Origin: Bdellovibrionales bacterium
GTDB lineage: Bacteria > Bdellovibrionota > Bdellovibrionia > Bdellovibrionales > UBA1609
NCBI GenBank assembly: GCA_965261545.1
Contig: CBDHDF010000011.1
Coordinates: 544,001 to 608,000, forward strand
DNA: 64,000 nucleotides
Reading direction: 5' to 3'
The stretch's first letter is position 1, and every line of letters starts with the position of its first letter. Below, one piece after another: positions 9,753 through 20,238 of this stretch. The translations under genes and the position numbers were made by a program. The notes under the pieces were generated by a model, which was given only the letters and a program-made list of their open reading frames with translations, ran no database searches and had not been told where the DNA came from.

Positions 9753-10126
9753 CCTCAAGACGAGTCTTGCCTTTGGGAATGACTTGGGGCTCAAAGGAGG
9801 CACTTCGGTCACGGGGGACCTGAAGCTCCACCTCGCCTTTCTCTCCCTTTATGGTCTTTCTACTGTAACCATTGCGAGTGTTGGATTTGCGGGTCTCAGA
9901 CTTCTCATGCCTCTCATAACCTAGGTGATCGTCCATTTCCGCATTAAGAGCTGTCTCTAAAACAACCTTCATCAGTTGATCCGTTATGTCGGATAAATCC
10001 TTTTGGGTCTTGACCTTCTTCGCTAGTTCCTTGCCTATTGTCTTGATATCCATTCTGCCTTCTCCTTTCAGGATGATAGTTCATCCTAATATGATTCGGC
10101 AGTTACACAAAATAGTTTACAGGCTC

Positions 10127-10228
10127 AGTTTGTGTGGCAAATCTCCAACTCTCACTCCCCCATTGAGGTATTGGAAGGCTCAATGGGGAGTGTCAGAGAA
10201 CAAAAAATGGGCCTTTCTGGACAGAAAC
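10127..10228 (+). mobile_element. Right-end remnant of the IS5/ISNCY-like element
   Basis: Near-identical to 13052-13153, including the hairpin and IRR ...CTGGACAGAAAC. Followed by TACCTA. Confidence 0.88.
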
Positions 10229-10236
10229 TACCTAAA

Positions 10237-10587
10237 CTACTTGCACTCAACTTTCTTTTGAATGTCATTGTTATGTCCAGAAATGGTTATATAAAGCCCT
10301 TTGTCACCACAATGGTACGTTTTTCTGTAGAAGCGCAGTGTATTACCAGAGACAACATCCATCCTCATGTAGTCACCATGACAGCTTCTAAATTGGCGAG
10401 CGTAGGTTGTTCTCCATCCTTGACTTCCGCCACCCTCGTCATAACAATTTGTCTTAATCACCACCGCAGCACGATTGTTAATGCGTATGTATCCCCAGTC
10501 TCTTGGATCTTCCAGATGCCCCAAGGCCACAGTGGATATCAAGCCAAAAACAAGAATCATAAAAATCATACGAATAAATGAAAGCAT
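10237..10587 (-). CDS. Small secreted 4-Cys hypothetical protein (paralog of 34512-34883)
   Basis: Signal-peptide-like N-terminus, AGGAG RBS before ATG 10587, and a clear paralog with a conserved frame. Confidence 0.85.
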   Translation of the reverse strand: MLSFIRMIFMILVFGLISTVALGHLEDPRDWGYIRINNRAAVVIKTNCYDEGGGSQGWRTTYARQFRSCHGDYMRMDVVSGNTLRFYRKTYHCGDKGLYITISGHNNDIQKKVECK

Positions 10588-10680
10588 ATTTTTTCTCCTT
10601 TCCTTTTTCAATTTAATAAATTACAAAATCACGAATTTTAAGTCATGCGTGAAATCATATTATTATTTTTTATGACCTTA

Positions 10681-10708
10681 ATTATATATATTTCTTGATT
10701 CTTGTGAA
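10681..10708 (-). promoter_or_regulatory. Putative sigma70 promoter TTCACA-N16-TATAAT
   Basis: Same motif and spacing are conserved upstream of the paralog (34965-34992). Confidence 0.6.
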
Positions 10709-11006
10709 TAGGAAAAAAGGGGGGTAAGAAAAGATCTTTATTTTAGTCTAGCTATCCATGTCGCGTCCTTAAGACCCCGAATTCTACAAGAATGGTAACG
10801 AGGATCAAGGTTAAGATCTAGAATTTGCTCTCAGAACAAATACAGTGGCATTTCAGACCTCTTTGGGGTTGAGAAAAACCAAAGTTCTCGTTACTAGTAG
10901 TAAAGTTCTCGTTACTAGTAGTAACGATGTCTTAGCTTAATGAACAAAAAAGGTAACATTCATGGGGGCGCCTTGCTTCCCCACCCACGCCCATGAATCT
11001 TATCTA

Positions 11007-13153
11007 GTTCCTGTCCAGGGAAGAAAGTTAAGTAGTTTTAAGTATTTACATGCCTTCCCTTTAGATTTTATGCTTTAAAATGGAGTCCATCAAACATAAT
11101 CCGTGTAAATTCAGTTACTTACATAAAACGGAAAAATAAAATAAGTTCCCCCCCCCCTCTCTTGACGAACCTTTCACAGCCCCTCCCTTTCAGTGACTTA
11201 TGTGGCTATCAACTGGTTACTTGATATGAGAGGAAGAGTTGGATCAACCTGTGTTTCCACCGTGGTGATTTCAAACCTCCTTCAGGGAAATAACATTACG
11301 TTGCGCATCAACTTCAAAAAATACTTGACGTGTTTTTTCAGAGAAATAATTTTTGATATTTTATTCTTCATTTATTTTTTATGTAGGTTTTAGGAGGCGT
11401 GGGAACCTCTCTATGAGGTAGAATTCTTATCCATGTTCTCCGAGAACCTCTCTGATTTTTTTCTTCTTAAAAGACATCCTTGCTCACTTTTTTCCCTCAA
11501 AAAAACGTATGTTAATATAAAAATTAAAGAGAAACTTTCACCAAAGGGGGGACTATGCGCCATTTGAAGAAGACACAGTTGGGACTCTTTTCCCAATATC
11601 CTAACCACCAACTCAGTACAGAATTGCAGCAAATTAATAACATCATTGATCGCCATCCAGAGTTTGCCCATATGGTTCATGAAGACCTTGTTAAAGAAAA
11701 GAAAGATTCTGGTGATATTGGTATGACATCGGAGCAAGTTCTCAAGGTGGCTATTCTTAAATCCATAAGAGGTCTTTCCTATCGTGCGTTAGCCTTTAAT
11801 CTTGTCGATTCAGTATCCACCAGAGCTTTTCTGGGCCTTGAATTGGAAGAAAATTACGCTCACTCCACCTTACAGGACTTGATTGTTCAAATAAGTGAAG
11901 AAACTTGGGGAATTATTAGCGCCTCTTTAGTTTCAGATGCAAGAGATCAAAAGATTGAGCCGTGTAAGAAAATGAGATTGGACAGTACAGTGACGAAATC
12001 AAATATTCATCATCCAACGGATGCATCCCTTTTATATGACTGCATAAGAGTTACAGAAAGAGAATTTAAAAAAGTTCGTAAAAATGTCATGAAAGATTTT
12101 TGGCGACTTATTTCAAGAGAAGATCTTAAGAGAGCAAAAACCTTGCTTTACAAAATTAATAATTCCAAAAATGATGCGGAAAGACTACCTTGCTATAAGG
12201 AGCTTTTAAAAATCGCTACCAAATTGAACAAAGGATTACCTGATACCATCAGAAAGATAAAAAAAGAACAAAAATGTGTGAAGATGAATGCTTTGAAAAA
12301 GAGTCTAAAACAGTTAGAAAATGTTGCCTTCTACCTGGAAAAAATCATCTTTCAAACTCAAAAAAGAGTTATTGAGGGGAAAAAAGTATCTTCTGAAAAA
12401 AAGGTCCTATCCATCTTTGAACCGCATACAGACATTATTGTAAAGGGGCAAAGAGAAGTCGAGTTTGGGCATAAAATCTTTTTGACCTCAGGGCAAAGCA
12501 ACATGATTTTAGATTGTCAGATCCCTGATGGCAACCCCGCAGACTCTGATATGTTTTTAAAAGTTATGAATTCAGTGACACAAACCTATGGGGCTTGCCC
12601 TGTAAAAGTAAGTGCAGATGGTGGGTTTGCTTCAAAAGAAAATCTTGAAGAGGCCAAAGAGATGGGGGCTAAAGATGTTTGCTTCCCAGAAAAAAAAGGA
12701 ATGAAAATATTAAAGATGGTTAAAAGTGCTTGGGTCTTTAAAAATCTTCTCAATTGGAGAGCCGGAATAGAGGCTGTTATTTCATTCCTTAAGAGATGTT
12801 TTGGTATGAGAGTTGCTTACTGGAAAGGGCATGATGGTTTTAAGAGGTATGTAAAGAATGCCGTTTGTGCCTATAATTTTGTTGTCTTGGCAAGACATGA
12901 ATTATCAACTGTCACCTAAATTTATCCATTAGGAATAACAGCAATGGACCAGGTCGAAGGTGCTAAAATCTTCCAAAGGTAGGGGTGCGTCTTCAAATCG
13001 AAAAAACTAGGGCGCAAGTCGCTTAAAGACCTTTTTCCCCTTAATCTGTAGAGTTTGTGTGGCAAATCTCCAACTCTCACTCCCCCATTGAGGCATTGGG
13101 AGGCTCAATGGGGAGTGTCAGAGAACAAAAAATGGGCCTTTCTGGACAGAAAC
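11007..13153 (+). mobile_element. IS5/ISNCY-like insertion sequence, complete (2,147 bp)
   Basis: IRs GTTCCTGTCCAG / CTGGACAGAAAC. 6-bp TSD TATCTA at 11001-11006 and 13154-13159. Confidence 0.88.
11555..12919 (+). CDS. IS5/ISNCY-like DDE transposase
   Basis: RLDSTVTKSNIHHPTDASLL, EFGHK, SADGGF and RAGIEAVISFLKR motifs. Confidence 0.9.
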   Translation: MRHLKKTQLGLFSQYPNHQLSTELQQINNIIDRHPEFAHMVHEDLVKEKKDSGDIGMTSEQVLKVAILKSIRGLSYRALAFNLVDSVSTRAFLGLELEENYAHSTLQDLIVQISEETWGIISASLVSDARDQKIEPCKKMRLDSTVTKSNIHHPTDASLLYDCIRVTEREFKKVRKNVMKDFWRLISREDLKRAKTLLYKINNSKNDAERLPCYKELLKIATKLNKGLPDTIRKIKKEQKCVKMNALKKSLKQLENVAFYLEKIIFQTQKRVIEGKKVSSEKKVLSIFEPHTDIIVKGQREVEFGHKIFLTSGQSNMILDCQIPDGNPADSDMFLKVMNSVTQTYGACPVKVSADGGFASKENLEEAKEMGAKDVCFPEKKGMKILKMVKSAWVFKNLLNWRAGIEAVISFLKRCFGMRVAYWKGHDGFKRYVKNAVCAYNFVVLARHELSTVT

Positions 13154-13803
13154 TATCTAGGCCCCCACTTCTTTGCACGAAGCAACTCGGTGGACAGCTT
13201 CGCTGGTCTATATAATTGGCCTCTTTTAGTTACTCTTGTTAGCTGACAATTAAAATGCCCCACCGTCGCCAATGAAAAGTGGCCACTTTTCAGAGGAGGA
13301 CCTATGGTGATTTTTGGCATTGTCAACCGAGACGCATATAATCAATTGATATTACTCATAAAAAGGCTCCGAGCTGATAAGAACTCCTTTTGGGTTCTTG
13401 TCGACCTGGAAAGGGGCTCCGTGTTGGAGAGTCCTTCCATGACAGCCTATTCAGGTTCCATATTTGTCATTTGTAGACTGTTTCTGGATTTCAATGAGGT
13501 TAAATATATAGTCAAGAAAAGCCTGTTTAGGCTGTGCCCATTTTCTAAAGTATTTAAATTCCACAAGATTCCAACATTTGCCTCAATTTTCATGGAATTT
13601 CTTTCTAAAGACAGGCTTCCCTTAAAGCCGTCGCCAATTAAAATGTCCCACTTTCAATATGGAGGTTGTCGCCAATGAAAAGTGACCAATCTTCAGGGAG
13701 TGTTCAAATACTAGACAATGAAGTCTCTTCTTCTGATATAGATACTAAGCTCACAGAGTCCCTCCCTCTTGCAACTCAAAAGGTTAGCAATGAGGAGGAT
13801 CTT

Positions 13804-15270
13804 ATGATTAGTCAATACACTTTCGGCCGCATTCGTGACCTGAGTCACAGTGGTAAAAATAAGACAGAAATATCTCGTGAATTAGGGATCAATCGTAAGA
13901 CGGTGCGCAAGTACTGTGAGTCCAACACCCCACCGAAGTACAAGGCGAGGTCCAAAAGAACTCGCCCAGATCCCCTTAATGGATATATGGATCGGGTGAA
14001 GTACTTTTTGAAGTTGAACCCAAGTAACACCGCCCGTGAAATATATGAGCTATTAGTTGAGGAGGGTTATCGTGGGAGTGAGAGAACGGTTCAGAGAAGA
14101 GTTTGTGAGATTCTTGGTTCTCGCCCCAAGGAGCGTTTTTTCAGCCAAAGATATGATCCTGGAGAACAGGCTCAGTTTGATTTTAAGGAGAAGGTTGCTT
14201 TACCATTTGCCGATGGTGTTCAGATCGTTCATCTCCATTTTGGAACATTGCCTTGTAGTGGCACCTGTTGGGTTCGTGCCTACCCCTTTCTTGTCTATGA
14301 GTGTTTCATCGATGGGGTGCATGCTTTTTTTGAAAAGATAGGTGGGATGAGTGCGAACATCCGTATTGATAATTTATCTCCCTGTGTGAAGAAAGTTCTT
14401 AAAGGAAATCAGCGAATTTACACCCAATCTTTTGATCGAGCCATCCAATACTATGGATTTAAGGTTCTTCCCTGCCGCGCAGGGAAGGGCTCTGACAAGG
14501 GAGATGTGGAGCGTGATATTCGAACCTTCAGTTCTCGGATAAAAAATATTGTTAGAAACAAAGGAATTGTTTTTAAAGACTGGGATCATTTGAATCAGTT
14601 TTTAGAGTCTTATATGGATCAGCATCAGAGTGACTCCACCAAATCTCGCTTTGAGGAGGAGGCCAAAGTTCTTAAGCCTTTGCCTCCACGAGATGAAGAT
14701 ATTCTCTGTAAGGTGAATATTTGTCAAAGTAATGGTTATGGGACTTTGAGAATAGGTAAAACCACATATTCCATACCTGATGAGGTGATCCAATCTCCCT
14801 GTAAAACCGTACAGGGTCCCTATCATGTCACGATCTATCGTGCAGGAGGGAAGCAAGAAATTGTCGCTCGCCATCAAAGAAAACCTGATGGGGAGCATAG
14901 TCTTCTTCTTGAACATATCCTTCCTTCTTTAGTTCGTAAGCCGCAAGCCATGGTAAGATGGGCTCACCGATCCATTCTTTTTCCAACAAATGTGTTTGAA
15001 AATTTTTATCAATACCTCAAGCAACAAGATTCAAGCCGTGCCGAGCATGAATATTTAAGAGTTATCAACTTGATTCAGCATGTGAGTTGGCAGGACTTAT
15101 CTACAGCCATGGAGCTTCAATTAGAAAGTCGTGAGATTTTCGACTTTAAATCCATAAAAGATTTGCTCTTAGGCAATCCCACCAAAATTAATTTGAATGA
15201 CCAACAAAAACCACTTCAACCTAGATTGTCTCAATATGACAGTCTTGTTCCAAACATAGGAGGTTCTTAA
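13804..15270 (+). CDS. istA: IS21 transposase IstA
   Basis: N-terminal HTH (EISRELGINRKTVRKY), PGEQAQFDF, IDNL, DKGDVE. GAGGAGG RBS before ATG 13804 (ORF track starts at 13666). Confidence 0.93.
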   Translation: MISQYTFGRIRDLSHSGKNKTEISRELGINRKTVRKYCESNTPPKYKARSKRTRPDPLNGYMDRVKYFLKLNPSNTAREIYELLVEEGYRGSERTVQRRVCEILGSRPKERFFSQRYDPGEQAQFDFKEKVALPFADGVQIVHLHFGTLPCSGTCWVRAYPFLVYECFIDGVHAFFEKIGGMSANIRIDNLSPCVKKVLKGNQRIYTQSFDRAIQYYGFKVLPCRAGKGSDKGDVERDIRTFSSRIKNIVRNKGIVFKDWDHLNQFLESYMDQHQSDSTKSRFEEEAKVLKPLPPRDEDILCKVNICQSNGYGTLRIGKTTYSIPDEVIQSPCKTVQGPYHVTIYRAGGKQEIVARHQRKPDGEHSLLLEHILPSLVRKPQAMVRWAHRSILFPTNVFENFYQYLKQQDSSRAEHEYLRVINLIQHVSWQDLSTAMELQLESREIFDFKSIKDLLLGNPTKINLNDQQKPLQPRLSQYDSLVPNIGGS

Positions 15271-16052
15271 TGAATCACGAAGAACTTATAGGTTCTCTTA
15301 AAAAACTCCGACTTCCAGCGATGGCGGATGAATATGTTGCAACGGCTAGAGTTGCCGAAAAAACAAAAAAGACGTATGAACAGTATTTAGGTATACTCGT
15401 TCAAAATGAGCTTGCTGACAAGCATTCCCAGAGAGTGAAAAGATTGCTTAAGGGGGCCAAGCTTCCTCAACTTAAATCACTCCAAACTTATAACTTCCAG
15501 AAAAGAACGGGAGTGACAGCTCAGCAAATTAATTGGATGGCAGAGGGAGAGTGGGTCAGAAAAGCCTGTAATGTTGTGTTTTACGGAAGCTTTGGAATGG
15601 GGAAAAGTCATTTGGCCATGTCCCTAGTTCGTTCACTCTGTGAACAAGGCTATCGATGTTTATGGGTCACCACTCATGAACTTATTGAAACAATGCGTGA
15701 AAGCAAGAAAGAACTCTCATTGAATGCTCTTTTTAAGAAATTAGACCGTTTTGATCTTATTGCTTGTGATGAACTTGGCTATACAGCTTCCTGCACAGAG
15801 GGGGCAGATCTTTTCTTTCAATTCATATCTCAGCGATATGAAAGGAAAAGTCTCATGATCACTACAAACTTAACATACTCTGAATGGGATAAGGTGTTTC
15901 TTAACCCTATTACCACCGCTGCTGCTGTTGATCGAATCATTCACAACTGTGAAACCCTCAACATTGAAGGAAAAGAAAGTTGGAGAACCGAATCGGCAAA
16001 AGCCAAGTCTAAACAGAGCAAAGAGGAAAGTTCAACCAAAGAAGTTCATTAG
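15270..16052 (+). CDS. istB: IS21 helper ATPase IstB
   Basis: GSFGMGKS, LIACDELGY, AAVDRIIH. Overlaps the istA stop (TAATG). Confidence 0.95.
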   Translation: MNHEELIGSLKKLRLPAMADEYVATARVAEKTKKTYEQYLGILVQNELADKHSQRVKRLLKGAKLPQLKSLQTYNFQKRTGVTAQQINWMAEGEWVRKACNVVFYGSFGMGKSHLAMSLVRSLCEQGYRCLWVTTHELIETMRESKKELSLNALFKKLDRFDLIACDELGYTASCTEGADLFFQFISQRYERKSLMITTNLTYSEWDKVFLNPITTAAAVDRIIHNCETLNIEGKESWRTESAKAKSKQSKEESSTKEVH

Positions 16053-16080
16053 AGATCCCCACTTTTGGGGAAGGAACTCG

Positions 16081-16176
16081 CCAGTTATCCACAAAATTTA
16101 TCCACAGCAGCACTGCGTTGCTAGACATCGGGGTCACAGCCGCAGTGTCGCCATGGATAAATTTATGGATAACTGG
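16081..16176. repeat. Long imperfect hairpin containing DnaA-box 9-mers
   Basis: Arms CCAGTTATCCA..AAATTTATCCA..CACTGCG / CGCAGTG..TGGATAAATTT..TGGATAACTGG. TTATCCACA at 16085 and 16098. Confidence 0.85.
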
Positions 16177-16554
16177 CTTTTACCGTACTATTTGCTCGTC
16201 ACTCTCGCGGAGCTTTAGACATTAGCTGCGCCAAGGAATCCTGAAAAATACTCCATTTACCTCTGCCATAGGGCTGAAGGATGCATTTGGGGTCATGCCA
16301 AAAGTGGTGGGCAGAAAATCATTCCTCAGAATCTTGTGGCATAGTCCGAGTTAAATGATGAGCAAAATAAAGACACTTGACTAAACTCTGAACGAAGAAT
16401 AACTAAATCAGTACATCATCAACTGGCCGTTTTTCATTGGCGACGGCTTCTAAAAATGGCCAATTTTAATTGGCGCCTAACAACTCTGGACTTTTGATTG
16501 TATTTTTGTCATGTATGATTCCGATACAATAAAGGATAAAGCAATAACATTATT

Positions 16555-16743
16555 GGAAGGTGATAAGATGAGTGACCGTTGAATAGATTGGTAATTTTAA
16601 TTCCGTGAAGTAACATGGTCTTGAGCTTTGGATCGAACCCACGCATGTACCTGCACTCTGAGTGTATGGACGTATAGTAAGTTGACTTATTTTCGCTTTA
16701 GAATTTATGGCAAAATCCCAAGGCTCTAGTTTTATCACCTTCT
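16555..16743 (+). ncRNA. Candidate IS110 bridge RNA
   Basis: 14-bp closing stem (16555-16568 / 16730-16743) encloses two stem-internal-loop domains. Lies directly upstream of an IS110 recombinase RBS. Confidence 0.6.
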
Positions 16744-16770
16744 TTTTTTCTAACAGAAAGGAGGAGTCAT

Positions 16771-17068
16771 GTGGATATTATTTATAGTTCTGTTTGTGGA
16801 ATAGATGTTCATCAACATATGTTGATGTGTACGATTGTCAAAGTGGAAGACGGTAAGAAGAAGTTTTTCACAAAAGAGTTCAAGAATTTTCCAAAAAATT
16901 TTCCTAGAATGCGCTCTTGGATGAAGCCACATAAGGTTGAGAGAGTTCTTTTTGAGAGCACAGGGATTTATTGGAATTCTTTATACGATGATTTGACAGA
17001 AAAAGGTTATGAAGTAGATGTTATCAATGCCTTTCATGTCAAAAATATTACTGGTAAAAAAACTGACG
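16771..17068 (+). pseudogene. IS110-family DEDD recombinase, N-terminal fragment truncated by IS21-c
   Basis: GIDVH, FESTGIYW and KKTD motifs. Strong AAGGAGGAG RBS. Confidence 0.9.
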
Positions 17069-18011
17069 TGTTGGACCCGGAGGGGCGGAGAAAACCATCC
17101 ATTTGTGGGCTAACAAAACCATCCATTTAGGGTGATCTGACAAGATGGGCTCACCCTACATTTAATTTTTTATCTTGACAAGTCGGTTTGAAGCTTCCTT
17201 CAATCGGTAGCTTTTTCCCTCAAATTTTAATAGTTGGCTACAGTGGAGAAGGCGATCCAGGATGGCAGAGGCCACGGTATTATCGCCCAAACACTTTCCC
17301 CAATCTTCAATAATACGATTGGAGGTAATAAGAGTGCTTTTTCTCGCTGAGTATCGATCCAGAATGATTTCCTGGAAGTCATCACAAGCCTCTGGTGGGA
17401 TGCGCTTTCTAAGAAAAAGATCATCAATGATCAATAGGTCCACATGGATGAGTTGGGTGTAGAACCTCTTTCTGCGCCCCAGCTGCCTGGCCTCAAAGAG
17501 ATTTTCAAAGAGCTTGTGAGCTTCCTGATACAAAACCTTGTAATTTGATATGGAACAGACCTTGGTGGCTATAGCTTTTGCAATGTGGCTTTTTCCAGTT
17601 CCAGGGGAGCCAATAAGCAAGGCTCCCTCCCCCTGCTTGATGAACTTCAAGTTCATTAATTCCAAGATCATTGGTTTCGGTATTTTTGGGTTAAAATTCC
17701 AGTCAAAGCCAGTGAGGGTGGACTCTTCCGTGAGCTTGGATGCTTTGAGGAGTCTCTCACATTTTTTGCTTTTCTTGAAATCCTTTTCATCCTGTAAGAG
17801 CAATGAGAAGGTCTCTTGGAAGTTTTGTTGGTTCTGTGTGTGTTGGTAACTTCGAGCCTCAAATGTTTCAAACATGCCTATAAGCTTAAGGCTTTTGAGA
17901 GTCTCTTGTATTTCTGTAGGTGACATTGGCATTGTGACTGCTCCTTTCCTCTAGAAGAGGGGTTGGGGGGTGGATTAAGTAAGGTTGGTGCTAGGCTGAG
18001 GGTGTAAGGGT
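17069..18011 (-). mobile_element. IS21-c remnant (one end, istB, last codons of istA)
   Basis: TG terminus followed by repeated AAAACCATCCATTT. Cut at the IS-A IR at 18012. Confidence 0.8.
17162..17932 (-). CDS. istB: IS21 helper ATPase IstB
   Basis: GSPGTGKS, LLIIDDLF, SAILDRLLH, GKSYRL. Confidence 0.95.
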   Translation of the reverse strand: MPMSPTEIQETLKSLKLIGMFETFEARSYQHTQNQQNFQETFSLLLQDEKDFKKSKKCERLLKASKLTEESTLTGFDWNFNPKIPKPMILELMNLKFIKQGEGALLIGSPGTGKSHIAKAIATKVCSISNYKVLYQEAHKLFENLFEARQLGRRKRFYTQLIHVDLLIIDDLFLRKRIPPEACDDFQEIILDRYSARKSTLITSNRIIEDWGKCLGDNTVASAILDRLLHCSQLLKFEGKSYRLKEASNRLVKIKN

Positions 18012-20238
18012 CAATGCCGTTTCCTTAAGAAAAATCTCTTGAAATTATTAGATAAATCGACAAGAATAAGACTTGTTTTATTTTACACCCAACCCTCAAC
18101 CAAGGAGTAAGTCACATGCAATCCAATATTGATCTCGAAAGCCCCCAAATGACGAGTTCGCGTCACAGATGACCATTTTATTCTACCAAAACTTGATTCT
18201 TCCTTCAAGCCAGAGCACCTTGTCGATCCAGAAAAACAAAAAAGGAATCGAAAATTTAATCCTCAAATTTTCTTTTTTACTATTATCTATCTTATTTCCG
18301 GAACAAATTACGAAGGCTACCAAATCGCTCTTAAGACGGTATGGACTCATTTTGGTGACCTGCTTCTCATGCCAGTCAAAAGCAGTCTCAGCAAGATACG
18401 TCAAAGTATTTCTTACCTATTTTTTAAAAATATCTTTGAATCTCTGATTACAGACTACGAACCATTGAGAAAAACGTTTCATGGCTTTTATATCTATGCC
18501 ATAGATGGCGACCAATTAGCACTTCCTCGCTCTAAAGATCTTTTAAAGGAGGGTTATTGTGGGTACCCTTGCCCAAATGAGATGGAAACTCATTTCTTAC
18601 GTATGTATCTATCTCATGCTTATGACGTTTTATCGGGTGTGACAAAGAATCTTTGCTATTCTCCCGCTCTCAACGAAATCGCCAATGCTATTCAAATGAT
18701 AGGTAGTTTTGAGAGTAATAGCATAACTCTCTACGATAGGCTTTATTTATCTACAGAGATTATTAAGGCCCATGCTCAAGCCAGTAACTTCTTTATTGCG
18801 CGTTGTAAGCGAGGCTCTACTTTTATCCCCATCGTAAATTTATTTAATGGCCCAGGTTGGTATTCACAAATGGTTATTGAGGGGGTGGTCATTCATCTCT
18901 ATAAGTATAAAAACCCAAAGACTGGGGAGTTCTCTGTTTTGGCCACTAATCTTCCGCATGGCTCCTTGGACAAGAAGGATATGGTTGCTCTTTACTTGAA
19001 TTCGTGGCCATTTTTATACACAACATTTATAGACTATCTTTATATTTTTTCATAACATGCCCTTCTCCTTCTGAAAAATCATTATTTTTTTAGAAAATTC
19101 TCATAAATTACTATTGCCTCCCTTTATTTTGTTGTGTATAAATTATACACAACACTAGTGAGAGGGGAAATATGAGTTACATCAGAAAAATAAAAAAAAT
19201 GGAAAAACATATTTAGCAGAAGTAGAAGGTAAGAGAATTAATGGAAAAGTAGTACAGAAACATATTCGTTACATTGGGAAAGAGGTAGATGAAAAAAAGG
19301 TAATATCGATATCATCTGATGACCTTCAAGTCAATGAGGTGAAAGTATATGGACCATTATTGGTTTTAGATAGTATTTCTAAAAAATTAGAACTACAAAA
19401 TATGTTGGGGTCTTACTCTAATGAAATATTAAGTATGGTATATGCCCACTGTCTAAACTATCAGAGCCTAAATAATATGCCTGAATGGTTTGAGAGAACA
19501 GATTTAAATAATATATTGGATTTAGATGGTTTAACAGAATATCGGTTGCTAACATCTCTAGATACTTTAACTGAAAGTAAGATAGAGTCTATTCAGAGGA
19601 ATGTATTTAATGTTGCCAAAAGAAAATATAAGCTGTCTTTGCGAGGAATGGTGTATGATGTTACTAATACATATTTATATGGGAAAAAATGCACAATAGG
19701 AAAGCTAGGTCATAGCAAAGAAGGAAAAAAAGATAAACCGCTTATTCAAGTAGGTCTATGTGTAACTCAGAAAGAAGGGGTTCCTGTTTTCCACAAGACA
19801 TTTGATGGAAATATTGCCGACAGCAAAACCCTATCTGGCCTTGTACAAGAATTCTCTCACTATAATCTCCGCTCAGGTCTTCTTGTGTATGATAGAGGAA
19901 TTCCTTCTGGAGAAAACCTAAGAGAGGTCAAGAAATTGGGGTGGAACACGCTATGTGGAGTTCCAATGAACAGTAAAGAAAAAAGCACAGTCCGAGAGGT
20001 TATAAATGATGGTGGGATAAAAAATGTTTCAAATATGATCCCATTAGAGAAAAGAGTATTCTCATAGGTGTTCGTGGTTTTTTTCTAATTTTAATTCCGA
20101 ATTAATGGAAATACTTTTCAAGCCTCCTTTTTTACATAGAGGGAAGTGGGCGATTTATAAATATTTATAGATGGTATTTTGAGAAATGGACGCAGATTGA
20201 CATTTGATATCCACGACAAGCCATGTGTTTTAAGAGAC

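Larger units (their letters stand above)
7155..10126 (-). mobile_element. IS256-family copy, right end cut by another IS256, transposase split by IS-A copy 2
   Basis: Matches the intact copy at 24058-25944. Transposase halves at 9753-10053 and 7424-8335. Confidence 0.92.
13237..16482 (+). mobile_element. IS21-family element IS21-b, complete
   Basis: TGTTAG...CTAACA ends with repeated CGCCAAT[TG]AAAA motifs. 5-bp TSD ACTCT at 13232-13236 and 16483-16487. Confidence 0.94.

Noticed and set aside
10881..10926. 21-bp tandem duplication with a near-palindrome
   Set aside because: Only two units with no associated gene; fits the general local duplication tendency.
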